Source: Octopus bimaculoides
Taxonomy: Eukaryota
DNA length: 63,292 nt
Direction: 5' to 3'
Assembly (NCBI RefSeq): GCF_001194135.2
Contig: NC_068985.1
Coordinates: 3,156,361 to 3,219,652, forward strand
Under the pieces are notes generated by a model. It did no database searches. It was given only the letters and a program-made list of their open reading frames with translations, and was not told the DNA's origin. Shown piece by piece: positions 51,472 to 63,292 of this stretch. Both the position numbers and the translations under genes were made by a program. Position 1 is the first letter of the stretch. Each line of letters opens with the position of its first letter.

Positions 51472-52084
51472 TTATATTTTATTATCTTCAGCCATTTCTC
51501 AGTGACATACATGCAGAATGTAGTTGCCAGATTACAACTAGCAGAAAATGTTGCATTTCGATAAGTGTGCTTTCTGGCTGCAGCAGCAAAGCCTGACAAT
51601 AATTGTGTGCTATCAATCTCCATAGAATGTGTAAAATCTAAATGAGTTAGGCCTTAATAAATGTCACAGGGATGTAATTGTCAGGGGAACTGTTGGCAAA
51701 ACAGTCTGTCTCAATATGACAGACAATTAGACACAGACGTAAGTTTCATACACATTACTTGTGTAACACAGACACCTATTCATAAACATTTGCAAACTCC
51801 CAGCCAGCAACTCGCATGCATGCATATATGCATGCATATAACAGCGAATGCACACATGCAAATATGTATGCACACTCACACATATGCACACATGTTTATG
51901 TGCGAATGCATGCACATGTATACACATATTCCCAAATATATACCCAAGTGAGTGGATAGACACAGTTATGCTTTTACACACGCATAAACACAACATACAT
52001 CTTTAGAGAAACAAAAATACTGCCAGACTTCCATTACACTTCCATCTGCACAGCTTTGTGTTTACACATTCAGTGAATGTGTAA

Positions 52085-52119
<35 letters not shown>

Positions 52120-52290
52120 TGCGTGCGCCAGAATAGAAGGCAGATGTTAAACGATGATGATATCCCTGTATGCATACAAATATACTCACAATAGACAAAC
52201 ACACTATATGTATAACTGCATGCATACAGACAAATGTAGGGTACAGTGCATACATACATACATACATACATACATACATACATACATACA
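50560..52290. repeat. Dense cluster of (CA)n, (AT)n and (TACA)n microsatellites with SINE-tail stubs
   Basis: Directly visible; source of many spurious ORFs. Confidence 0.85.
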
Positions 52291-52481
52291 TAGCGTACAG
52301 GCACATCACACCATGTCCAAATGAAAGTATATTAACTAGCAGACCAACACATGGCTGTGTGAGGCAGCAGATATATTTTTTATCAGTGTTTAATCTATGT
52401 AGCAGAATATGTGGAAGACACTAGAAGACTGCCTGAACAGTTAATATAACAAAAATTGCAGACACTGAAAGAGAACAAGGA

Positions 52482-53385
52482 AATTGGACATCAAAAGTAG
52501 ACACCAAAAAAGAGTACTATTGGTTGTCGGAGAAAACCGCAAAAACAAAATTGAATAAAAGAAAACATAAGGAAGATAAAAGACAAGGTACACTGAATGA
52601 CAAGAGTGTATGTTACGTGAGAAACGTTAAAAGAATACCAAAAGCAGACACCAAAATAAATAACTGAATATGGGCAGAGAAATAAAGAATGGCACCAAAG
52701 TAGAGAATGACAAAAAGAAGATTACAAATGATCATCGATAAAGAGAAAATGACAAAAGAAACAAAAACAATGTCACAAGTGGACAGAAATAAAAAAAAGA
52801 TTGCTGGAAGTGGACACCAAAAGTGAACAATGTCAATAGAAGATGACGTTAATGAGGAGATGAAAATTATATTGGGCTGAAGATAGACATGAAAATACAT
52901 AATGCTTAAAAAGTGGACACCAATATATATATATAACATTAAAGTGTACACCAACATATTTAATGTTGAAAGTGGACACCAAAATATATAAAGGACGTCA
53001 TCATTATCATCATCATTTAACGTCTGCTTTTCATGCTGGCATGGGTTGGACAGTTTAACAGGAGCTGACAAGCTGGAGACCAGCAGGCTCCATTTGTTTG
53101 TTTTGGTGCGGTTTGCGTGGCTGGATGCCCTTCCTAATTCCAACCACTTCACAGAGTGTACTGGGTGCTTTTTAAGTGGCACCAGCATCGATACTTTATA
53201 CATGGCACCAGCACAAGTGCTTTTCATGTGGCACCACCAAGGGTGCTTTTTATGTGACACCAGCATGGTTGCTTTTTTTGCATGACACCAGCACGGTTGC
53301 TTTCAACATGGCACCAGAACCAGGTGCTTTTACATGGCACCAGCATGGGGTACTAAAATATATAAAGTTGAAAGTGGGTACCAAC
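52482..53385 (+). repeat. Degenerate array of the motif AAGTGGACACCAA (about 8 copies), interrupted by a SINE
   Basis: Copies near 52482, 52495, 52642, 52808, 52911, 52942, 52969 and 53372. Confidence 0.7.
52998..53350 (-). mobile_element. SINE family C with about 7 internal units; possible 13-bp TSD AAAATATATAAAG
   Basis: AAAATATATAAAG at 52981-52993 and 53355-53367. Confidence 0.8.
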
Positions 53386-54825
53386 ACATATAATGCTGAA
53401 AATCACCATCAATGAAAGTATAGACTGCGAATATATGACTGCTAACAGAAATAAGCTGATAATATAGTCCAGGACACCTATTTCACAGTCAACTACTTGA
53501 GATGATGTTGAAGTGAAAAACCAGCTTCAAAACAATCACTCAATTCTACTTTAGGCTACTAAAAATTATTTACACTTTCTATTATTGCTTTCTTCATTTT
53601 AGTTTACTCTTTTTAATGCTATTTTTATATTTTTGTTACATATAAATTGTCTTTACTATTGTAGTAACAGGTTTTCTTTGAGTTGTTGCCTTTGTAATTT
53701 TCTCACTATTAATTTGTTTTTGTCTTTTTCTCCTGAAATTTAAGTTTAACCAACTTGTTTAATAATTTGAAACTCATTATCTTGTTATCTAAATTATTCT
53801 TTACACTTAGCCAATCAACAAAGGACAAACACAATTTTAAGAGTTAACACAAAAAACACTGCTAGCATGCCTAGCTAATAAGCAGGCCGATTAACAGAAA
53901 CATAAATTCGCCGAGAGCACAACATAGCATCTAAATGAAACTAAAATTGAAAACCAGTCATAGTTACCATATTTATTTCTAATTCTGTTTTGTTTGTTTT
54001 TTTTCCAGATTTTTAAACTTAGAAATTAGGCATGTGCATTATATATGAGAACTAAATGCTGTATAATAAACATGAGAGCTAAAACGTTATCCATTTTCTC
54101 TTTCTTTCTTTTTTTTTTGTTTGTAAAGAGCTAAATTTATACAATTTATGTCCTACAGAATTAACTTGTCCTTTTGTTTTCTTAATATCATAAATTGTTG
54201 AAGAACCTATATTTTACTCACACACAATAACATTCTAGCTTTCATCTCTTTTCAAATGCTGTGTTATTCCAATTTCTGTATACAATGTGATAGTAACATG
54301 CTTTCGTTTCAGACCTTTTCCCAGATCGATTCCTTTATTAATGCTAAAAGACATTTTCACAGATGGAAGATCAAGTTGATACAAGCAGTTAAAAATCACT
54401 TGGATATGGTCACTGTTCTTTCCAAATTGATAGAGTGACGTTGGCAGTTAGTGACAGCACTTTGGGGGAAAAAAAGAAAACGTAGCCAAACATGCCAGAA
54501 AATGAAGTGACTTGGACTACTGGATACCAGATTAGTGGAACATTACTGTATGTACTTAAGACAGTAGTGTGTCATATGAGAGGAAATTCGACTGCCTACT
54601 GTTAATTATACAAAGTGCAAACAAGAGACGAATCATTACAAGGAGATCTTCTATGAGCATGACACCATTTTGGTACATTCAGAATATTAATATATACATC
54701 AGGGGTGGCTGTGTAGAGAGAAGCTTCCTTCTCAATCATATGGTTCTGGGTTCAGTTCCATTGCATGGAACCTTGGCCAAGTGTCTCCTACTATAGCCTA
54801 AGGCTGACCAAAGCTTTGCAAATGG

Positions 54826-54923
54826 ACTGCTCTCTTCTGATGCAGATGACCATATAGATTTCAAACAATGAATATCCTTTATGTCTGAAATCTATATAGT
54901 CATCTGCAACTGAAGAGAGTGGT
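54826..54923. repeat. Hairpin of about 98 bp (42-bp arms, 14-nt loop)
   Basis: TGCAGATGACCATATAGATTTCAAACA pairs with TGTCTGAAATCTATATAGTCATCTGCA. Confidence 0.85.
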
Positions 54924-55030
54924 TTCTTTCAAATTGATGGAATGTTTTCATTGATCAATTAAATGGAGCCACTTGCAATGGTTGTAATGTATTGATACCT
55001 GTACATCCTTGTTACTTATTTACATTAATT

Positions 55031-55250
55031 TCTTTATTGCCCACAGGGGGCTAAACATAGAGGGGACAAACAAGGAATTTAGTTGATTACATCAACCCCA
55101 GTGCTTAAGTGGTACTTATTTAATCGACCCCGAAAGGATGAAAGGCTAAGTCGACCTCAGCAGAATTTGAACTCAGAACACTTAGCAGCAGATGAAATAC
55201 TGCTAACATTTCGCCTGGCGTGCTAACGTTTCTGCCAGCTCGTTGCCTTT
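55031..55250 (-). mobile_element. CORE-like tRNA-derived SINE, well preserved
   Basis: Reverse strand reads GAGTTCAAATTCTGCTGAGGTCGACTTAGCCTTTCATCCTTTCGGGGTCGATTAAATAAGTACC. Confidence 0.75.
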
Positions 55251-55349
55251 ATTTACATTCTGTTCACCAAATTTGGAGCTGTGCAAACTATACTGAACTG
55301 GCAAGGTGCCTCAATTTAAGCACCTAATTCAAAAATGTTCTGCAGTGTG

Positions 55350-55690
55350 AAGGCTTGAAATGTTTTGGTTTGCAAGACAATGTGTCAGGGAAAACTGTGA
55401 TGTTGTTGGAGAGAAGAGCATTCACATGGATGATGGTCCACTTGCAGTTAGTGACTCTGCAAAGAAAGAGGCCTGAAAGGCTGCTAAATGGAAGTAGGAG
55501 AATCTACCTAATGTGGATCCAACAAAGGGATCAGCTACCTGAATAGACAGTATCTTGGTAGATAAAGCCATGGAAGATATGAAAACAGGGGTATGCCACC
55601 CACCCCTGCCCATCAGAAATCACCAGTGAGATGCTTGAAATATCTGGCAGTGTGAGTTATGGTCTAGTCACCTGTATAGTTAATCAAAAG
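55350..55690 (+). pseudogene. RTE-clade LINE fragment (region N-terminal to the RT core)
   Basis: Frameshifted RQCVRENCDVVGEK...MDDGPLAVSDSAK, NLPNVDPTKG, LVDKAMEDMKTG and ITSEMLEISG. Confidence 0.7.
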
Positions 55691-58600
55691 AGCAAGATAT
55701 TCCATACCTATTATATTTTCAAATATTCTTTTGTATTTTTAACACCACAACCCTCACCATTATGTAGTGTACTTATGCACTTACACAATGTGTTATGCTG
55801 GATTAGCACAACACAGTTCCTGTGCTAATTCAGAATAATACATTATAAGTTATAATACAAAATGAGCAGATCGTGGTGCCATACACATAATCCATGTAAC
55901 ATAAATTAGCATCCTGCCATTTACTCTACATGAAATCTTTTAAGCAAGGCACAAATTTCTTTCTGCTTTGATTTCTTCAAGTCACAAATTAAGTAAATAG
56001 CTGAATAGATGTAGAGATTAAGATTTAGTAAATTTAGACTCTACAAACTCCATGGATCAAACTCTGCACTAATGTTAAATTAACTTTACACCTTTCAAAG
56101 ACAGAAAAGCATCAAATTAACTTGATGTGTCAATCAGATAGAATATTTGATGCATTAGTTTGATAGTACGAACCCATTGTAAATCTTATTAAAGCACTCT
56201 TTAGACTACAGAACCCATGTTACACTAGTGTCCCATCTGAAATCAGTTTTAAGAAACAATCAAAGTTTCGAAATTAAATTTTAAAATATAAGTAATTTGG
56301 TAAATGTCAATGAATATAGAAATTTGTTGGGAAGAATGTTATGTTATACAACAAACTTGCCCAACTCTTCATAGCATGGAAGAACTGACATTAAAATAAC
56401 AAGGGAGGAATACAATAATCCAAAACCTATATTCATAATATAACCTCATACAAGAATCAGAGTCTCAGCAGTGATCTGAGCTAAGTCTAACTCAATAATA
56501 CAGAAAAAAAAAACTTTCCAATTCACTTACAATAAAAGGAAATCTTGACTAAAATATAGACATCTAACCACTAGATGGTATCTTACTATCTTTGGAAGTA
56601 GCAGGCTTACTGTGAAGGACCATTGTCATTTAAGAATAAGCTTATTTAATAATTTCAGTTGCCAGGTCAATATTACAAACAAACTCAGGTTGTCAAAACA
56701 AGTTGCTTTACATTATTCTGTAGATAAAAGTGCATGTAAATATATTGTTCTTACAGATAGTTGCCAGAATTCACTAATTAGATTTTCAGAACTGGTCTAT
56801 TGAACTTGTTGAAATGATTTTGCCAAAAATATGACATATCATAAATGTATGAGTGTTCATAAGGATGTATGTTTTGTGTCTGCTAAACTCATGCCAGCAT
56901 AGAGGGAAAAAAAAAAAAGAGCCAACAAAAAGAAATATCATATACAACTCTATGTACATATATATTCATTTGAATGTTTATGTATATATATTTGTGTGAG
57001 TGTATATTATATACCAATATATATTACTGTATACAAACATAAATACATACATATATGTATTAATGTATCTATACATATTTTTATTGACAACACATTATAT
57101 ATGTATTGGTAGTGATGTCTATGAATACATATATAAGGTGAGCATTTGTGTATCTGTACATACACGAATATAGTTCAAGTAGATAAAATTACAATGTGTT
57201 CATAGAACCTAGCTACCTATCAACTATTGCAAATCTATAAGAATCCATTACGCTAAAACTTCAACCATAAATAATCATTCTCTTCTTGTTGACACAAGCA
57301 TATGATGAAGTGGTAGTTTTGAAGTCAGACACAAGAATTAATTCATCTCCACCAGAATCTCTTGCCAGCTAAGTTATGTATGTCTTACCAACATTCATAT
57401 AAACTAGCCATTAAGTCAAAGGACTGGTCATTTTTTTTCTTTCACCAGCTAAGTCAATCATTGTCGACAGCACGGTAATTTAAAGTTTGTCAAGTTACAT
57501 ATAACATTTTGGTCACTTAAGGCAAAACTTATTTCAGCTTTTTGGAGAAACCTTGATGTTTCTTCACGGCAGCACAAAAACATTAACAGCAAAGCTATCA
57601 TCAAATAAATTAAGATTTAAAAATAAATTACTTGGTAACACATCATGTTTTTCAGAATCGTATGTCTGCCGAAAGAATACCGAGATCAATGACAAGAAAA
57701 AAAATTTAATCAAGAAGGCATTTCTATTCTACATAGTTGATCACCTAGCTAGAAATAGCAGTCAAATCTTCTTCAAACCACACCTTACTATTATAACAAA
57801 GGATATGATGGTTAATGTAAACCAGGGTACACTATTTCTGAAAAATAAAAAAAACACGATGGTCATGACTTTACTGGCTTTGATCATAGGTCCTGATCAA
57901 TAGAGGGCAACTTGGGGCTAAACAAAAACAATAAAAACAATTATAATAAAGGTGATCACCCAGTTGATAGAGCCACATCAGATAATTATGATATCCAAAA
58001 TTTGATGCATCTGTTCAGAACTTAAATACTCTTGGGACTACCTTTACAGTTCATTATTCAAAGTCAATAAAATAAATACTATTATTATGTGTCAATTCAA
58101 CCAGCTGTAACCCATTATTAGAGAAACGCCTTGTCAAAAGTCCCTCAAATAATAATATTAAGTATTTCTAAGGCAGAAATTTGAGGGATGGGGTTAGCTG
58201 ATTAAATCAACTGCTACTTGTTAAATCGATTGTGGAAGGATGAAAGACAAATTGGGCCTTAGCATGAATTAAATTCAGAACATAAAGGAGTGTGACTAAA
58301 TACCACAAGGCCTTTTGTCAGCTGTTCTAGTGTTTCTACAACTCCAACATCTTTAAAATAATAATTAAGAAAGGATTATTATAGGTGAGACTGGTTCCTC
58401 CCTCCTTCAAGTGGTATTTAAACTCAGAGATGTATGATAAGGCTTTGGACTTAGAACATGAGACTAAAATATTATATTACATTAAGATAAAGTAAATACC
58501 ATTTGTGTACTGGTGTTGATTCAAACACGTGGCTCCATGCCAATATAAGAAGTCACACACACACACACACATCTTGTTGCACTTTAGATAAGTCCATTTC

Positions 58601-58725
58601 ATATCAAACCAAAAGAAAATAGGTTAAACCAATAAAGATGATGACTACCTAAAGTGCAGTATTACATTGAATGTTACAAATGAAAGCAAAAAGACAGATG
58701 TTAACAAATATAGCTCTATATAGTA

Positions 58726-60450
58726 GTAGCAGAGATACCTGGCATTGCTCGGGATTAAAATGGCATAGTTTGTATATATATTACAGTTATGTTGAAACTT
58801 GAGATACACAAAGTGCAGTATTGACAACAGTTCAACAAAGTGATTTGTCATGCATCCATTTGGCGGATTCCAGGCCCTAACCTGTCATGGAAAATTGGGG
58901 TTATGTGATTTTTGAATGAACTGAAAAGCAGTCAGTGGATATACTCTCCTTTGCGGCAATCGGCGCTGCATCTAACACAACTCATTGTATGGTTGACAGT
59001 CAAATGAATGTAGGTGTAATGGAGACATTGTACATAAATGGGTACATTCTAGAAAGGGTCTGCAATGGGAGACAGCAATAGGGAAGTGAACTGTTGAAAC
59101 GTTGCAGAAGGTGAAGGGTTGATAGTGGATTGCTGGTGTGGCTGTAGAATAAGAAACATAAACTGAGCCTATGGAGTCACATGAGAATATGTAGTAATGA
59201 ATTACTTGAAAAAATAAGGCATAATAGCTTAGCGCGTGGTCGGTGGGAGTAATTGAAGAATATGTTGTGATACTGAAGTCCATGCAGGAAACTGCTTTGT
59301 TGATGCAGTCTTCAGGTTTGTTGGTATTTTGCTGAAATGGTATCCATTTTCACCATTCACAGAGAGAAGTAGATACTGGAGTGCATTGTAGGATGTAGTA
59401 ATTGCTACAAAACTTCTTGGTAAACAATATTCTTTGTTTTCCCTTGTGGAACAAATGCAAATGGAATTTTTTTACTTCCCACTCTAGAGCAGCCAACATA
59501 TAATTTGCCCATGTGAGAAGCACGACTCTTGCAAGTAAAGTCCTATCACAGACAGTGTCTGACTCTATGATTTATTGATAGACATTGTGAAGCTGATACG
59601 AACAGGAAATTGTACTCTTCTGAATGAAAAAGGAATTTCTGTTCCCGATGGACTGAGATGAGAAGAATCCTGGGTATGAAAACATCCTTGCCTTTTCCAC
59701 ATCCACAGAGAATGGTGGCCTCATCTTCTTTATCACCAGGCATATCCATTGCAGAGTTGATGGATCCAAATTCCTCAATAACATTACTGGAGCTTCCACT
59801 TTAAGTTCCAATCTGTGGGGAAGTAGTCTTGGAGGCTCCAATGAATTGAGAAATTCTGTTGGATAATTTACCACCTCTTGAGGATCTGGGATTATATCAA
59901 CTGACTTATAGATGTGAGGGTTTCTAGGAAGGTACTGCAGCGGCTGCTCATTAATTTTGCTTACAGTGCTGTTTTTTGGAGCCAGTATTACTCTTTCATA
60001 CAGCCAATTGAGATTGTGATAATTTTTCCACTAATGGGGGATTTCCTCTTTGGAGACATTATGTCAAGAAATATGATGTAATAAAATAACAATTGTACAT
60101 TAATGATAAAATGTCAATAAAAACAGGTAAATAATATCAATATTTTAGCAAATTTTAAGAAATACATACAATGAACTGAGATGACACTGTTAATAATTAA
60201 TGTCAATAAAAAACATTAATTAATATAAATATTTTTAAAAGGTGAAAAACATTCAGCGGACCAATCACTCTAGATGTAAGGGAGTTACCTCCCTTCTCCA
60301 TATAACCCAGGAAAGGGGGTTTTCTGCTCCCAGAGAGCCCGTTACTCATTATGTGAAAAATTTTGAGAGTCTAAAATCATCTCTGGAACATAAATAATGT
60401 ATGTTCCAAGTTTGGAGAAAATCAGTTGTGAACTTCAGAAGTTATGCAGG

Positions 60451-60482
<32 letters not shown>

Positions 60483-60504
60483 ACCGGACTTTTATATATA
60501 TAGA
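58726..60504 (-). mobile_element. Non-autonomous Helitron (1.78 kb), a different subfamily from the 29-kb element
   Basis: 5' A|TCTATATATATAAAAGTCCGGTTG(TG)n at 60504. 3' CCCGAGCAATGCCAGG hairpin plus CTGCTAC|T (CTAG mutated) at 58726. Confidence 0.85.
59405..60030 (-). pseudogene. Frameshifted PIF1-helicase C-terminal fragment inside Helitron 2
   Basis: WLYERVILAPKN, NYPTEFLNSLEPP, PVMLLRNLD, DVFIPRILL, FSHGQ, LYVGCSRV and KTKNIVYQEVL*. Confidence 0.9.
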
Positions 60505-61744
60505 TAAACTCAAAGAAAACTTAATACAGCTAAGTTTAATGTTAAACACATTTTGGGTTTTATCACCAGATTAATGCATATAGAGACACATAACAAATTT
60601 CAGCTTGTAGCAATGGATTTATAAACCAGATAGCTTTACCAAATGCAATCCAAAATTTCAAGAGCTGACTTTTAATTGTAAATATCACCAATACATATTT
60701 CATGAAAGATCAGTTGAAAAAGGATTTATATGGACATTTTGTCTACCTTTCCTCTTAAAATGTGACTAATCAAAACACTATTCAAACAGTACAAGAACAG
60801 AACTCCAACAGAAAGAGCTAGGTCATAGAAATTTTTGCACAAACATTATCAAATGCCATGAATAACCAACTTCATCTGAAAGTTAGCATAAATTTTCTTC
60901 TGTTCAATAAGCATAAATTCAGGCAGATGCAAATATGCACACACACACACACACACATAACATACATATACATACGCAGCACTCATACCTGATGATGGAT
61001 AATAAAATTTAATAAAAGACTTACAATGTAGGCAATTTAACCCCCACTATAACTGTTCCTACAGTGATTTGTAATCAATAGCAATTTAGACTCTTCAGAG
61101 AGAGCGAAAGTATAGGTTTTTAGTTCACTGTTGCCCTCTGACCTCATCCTTCCACCCACTACCCTATTCTCAGTCTATTCCCCATCAATCAACAATACTC
61201 CATGCTACCACCCAAGTTAATCAAAGACAATTGAGTGAATCAATATATTAGTAGCTACAAGGGATAGTGAAGACATTTAATACTAGAACACACTTCCTGG
61301 CTCTTATGTATAATGAGTTTAATTAAATTGAAATCAGTCTGTTTGGCATAAGAGTTGATATTTCACAATATTTTGGCACCAGTAAAGTTACTTAAGCACT
61401 GTAAAGCAACTCTAAAGAAGACATTTAAGGAACAGATGAGAACTTGGACACACGGACATCTCAAGTTATCCCAAGTAATCAAGCACATCTAATGCTATGC
61501 AGATGGACAGGGACTTGCCAATACATTATATAAGCTATTATATCAGTATTTTACCTTGAGACTTGCATTTCAGAAGCAACCCCACTTTAAATAAGCAACC
61601 CCACTTTAAATACACCAAGAAAATAATATGTAAATGAAAAAAAATAAACACCAATTCTAAAACTTGGAGACATTATATAAAGAATATTTAAAGGTGATAT
61701 TAAACTCCAGACAATTAAGTTATAGTGGAATTGTAACCAACAGG

Positions 61745-61963
61745 TTACTACTACTACTACAACCATTACTACTACTACCACCACCACCACCACCACTACT
61801 TCTACAAATACTACTACTATTAATTCTACTGCTGCTGCTGCTACTACTACTACCACGAATACTACTACAACCACTACTACTACTATTACTACTACCACCA
61901 CCACCACTACCACCACCACTTCTACAAATACTACTACTATTAATACTGCTGCTACTGCTGCTG

Positions 61964-61994
<31 letters not shown>

Positions 61995-61995
61995 A
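61745..61995. repeat. (CTA)/(CCA)/(CTG) trinucleotide mosaic with a 120-bp higher-order duplication
   Basis: TTCTACAAATACTACTACTATTAAT occurs at 61800 and 61920. Confidence 0.9.
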
Positions 61996-62209
61996 CGTGC
62001 ATATTAAAAACAAGAGCAAATTCTTATTCTATGCTGTTAGTTCTCTCAATATCCAGATTCCTCTCAATAATCAGGTTTAACATTTTAAGTAATCCTAATC
62101 TAAGAAATTGAAGATTATGATATATTGGAAATGCATGAATAATTTTTTGAGAAGAAAGAGAGAACAAAATAAAACAGCTGGAGAAAGTATACCTCCATAC
62201 TACCATTTA

Positions 62210-62560
62210 TATACATGATCGATGCCAGAACCGCCTGACTGGCTCCCGTACCGGTGGTACATAAAAAGCACCATCCAAACATGGCCGATGCCAGTCCCAC
62301 CTTACTGGCCCCCTGTGCCAATGGCAAGTAAAAAGCACCATCTGAACATGATCGATGCCAGGCCCGCCTGACTGGTTCCTGTGCCAGTGGCACGTAAAAA
62401 GCACCCACTACACTCTTGGGGTGGTTGGCGTAAGGAAGTGCATCCAGCTGTAGAAAAGCCAGATCAGATTGGAGCCTGGTGCAGCCGCTGGCTCTCCAGA
62501 CCTCAGTCAAACTGTCCAACCTATGCCAGCATGGAAAACAGACGTTAAACGATGATGATG
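62210..62560 (+). mobile_element. SINE family C with three units of about 66 bp
   Basis: Units start at 62214, 62280 and 62347; tail GACGTTAAACGATGATGATG. Confidence 0.85.
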
Positions 62561-63253
62561 CAATAAAGTTATGGTTTTGTTGGAGGTTTCTTTATGTAAA
62601 CATTACACGCAATACATTAAACACAATAACATCACAAAGTGTAAAGCTTTAAACGGTTATATTTTTATATTAAAGAAAAGATTGACTACTCACCAAGATA
62701 CAAAATCTTAGTGAGAAAAAAACAAAACTCACTTCCTAAGAAATACATCTGAGCAACCCCTTATTGACATACGATTAGAGAGCAAACGATTACAGTTCAT
62801 AACAAAACAGTAAATCAATAATATACACTAAATCTACAATAGAATTCAATTGAACACAAATTGCGTCTTAGAAAACACTTCTACAAACTGAGATACAATA
62901 AAATTCAAAAAATTTTTTTATACCACAATTTAAAATGTTGTCTCTGTGAATCCAGTTTCGTCATTCTCTGACTCAAATATTTACTGAAGTTTAATCAAGT
63001 CTATTCTGATCAGATCTCAGAATCCTGGGACTTGTAGACATCATGACACAAGATTTAGGGGATTGCCAATGTTGTACATCACACATGTCCAACCTAGCAT
63101 ATATGGGAAAACTGGATGATAAGACAGTGAAGAGTATTATTAGTGCAATTACGTAAACTATGTGAAAACTGAAAGTTTCAATAAGCATCATCAGTGCGAT
63201 GGTAAAATATGTCCACATTTAAGTATTTAAACATATGCTTCAAATGTTACTGT

Positions 63254-63256
<3 letters not shown>

Positions 63257-63292
<36 letters not shown>
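63257..63292. repeat. (AT)n microsatellite at the window end
   Basis: Directly visible. Confidence 0.95.

Noticed and set aside
52482-53385. CRISPR-like repeat-spacer array
   Set aside because: Eukaryotic context, degenerate 13-bp motif, irregular spacing and no cas genes.
61574-61611. 19-bp perfect tandem duplication AAGCAACCCCACTTTAAAT
   Set aside because: An ordinary slippage duplication with no further structure.

Overview
AT-rich, microsatellite-dense eukaryotic DNA. The SINE, MITE and LINE families resemble those of octopus, so a cephalopod source is inferred from recall, not from a search. There is no CpG island or promoter, RNA gene or CRISPR array, and the window reads as mostly intronic. 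The only long ORF is an uninterrupted, intronless 1454-aa Helitron Rep/PIF1-helicase (29253-33617, +). Its element has a CTAG|T 3' end at 34003, a decayed terminal hairpin, an uncertain 5' end, and a Merlin-like MITE (8-bp TSD, telomeric palindrome at its centre) 113 bp upstream of the ATG. A second, diverged non-autonomous Helitron (58726-60504, -) carries RepHel fragments in permuted order. Host-gene evidence is one isolated Greatwall/MASTL kinase exon (13889-13980, -) and one unassigned 213-nt exon-like ORF (25694-25906, -). The rest is maT/Tc1-mariner, RTE and CR1/L2 remnants, several SINE families, piggyBac-, hAT- and foldback-type MITEs, and a palindrome with a hammerhead-ribozyme-like core in each arm. 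No new system is demonstrated. The best leads are the CpG-depleted but intact RepHel, the hammerhead-like palindrome, the permuted Helitron and the unassigned exon. Boundaries of decayed repeats are approximate, and all counts were made by hand.
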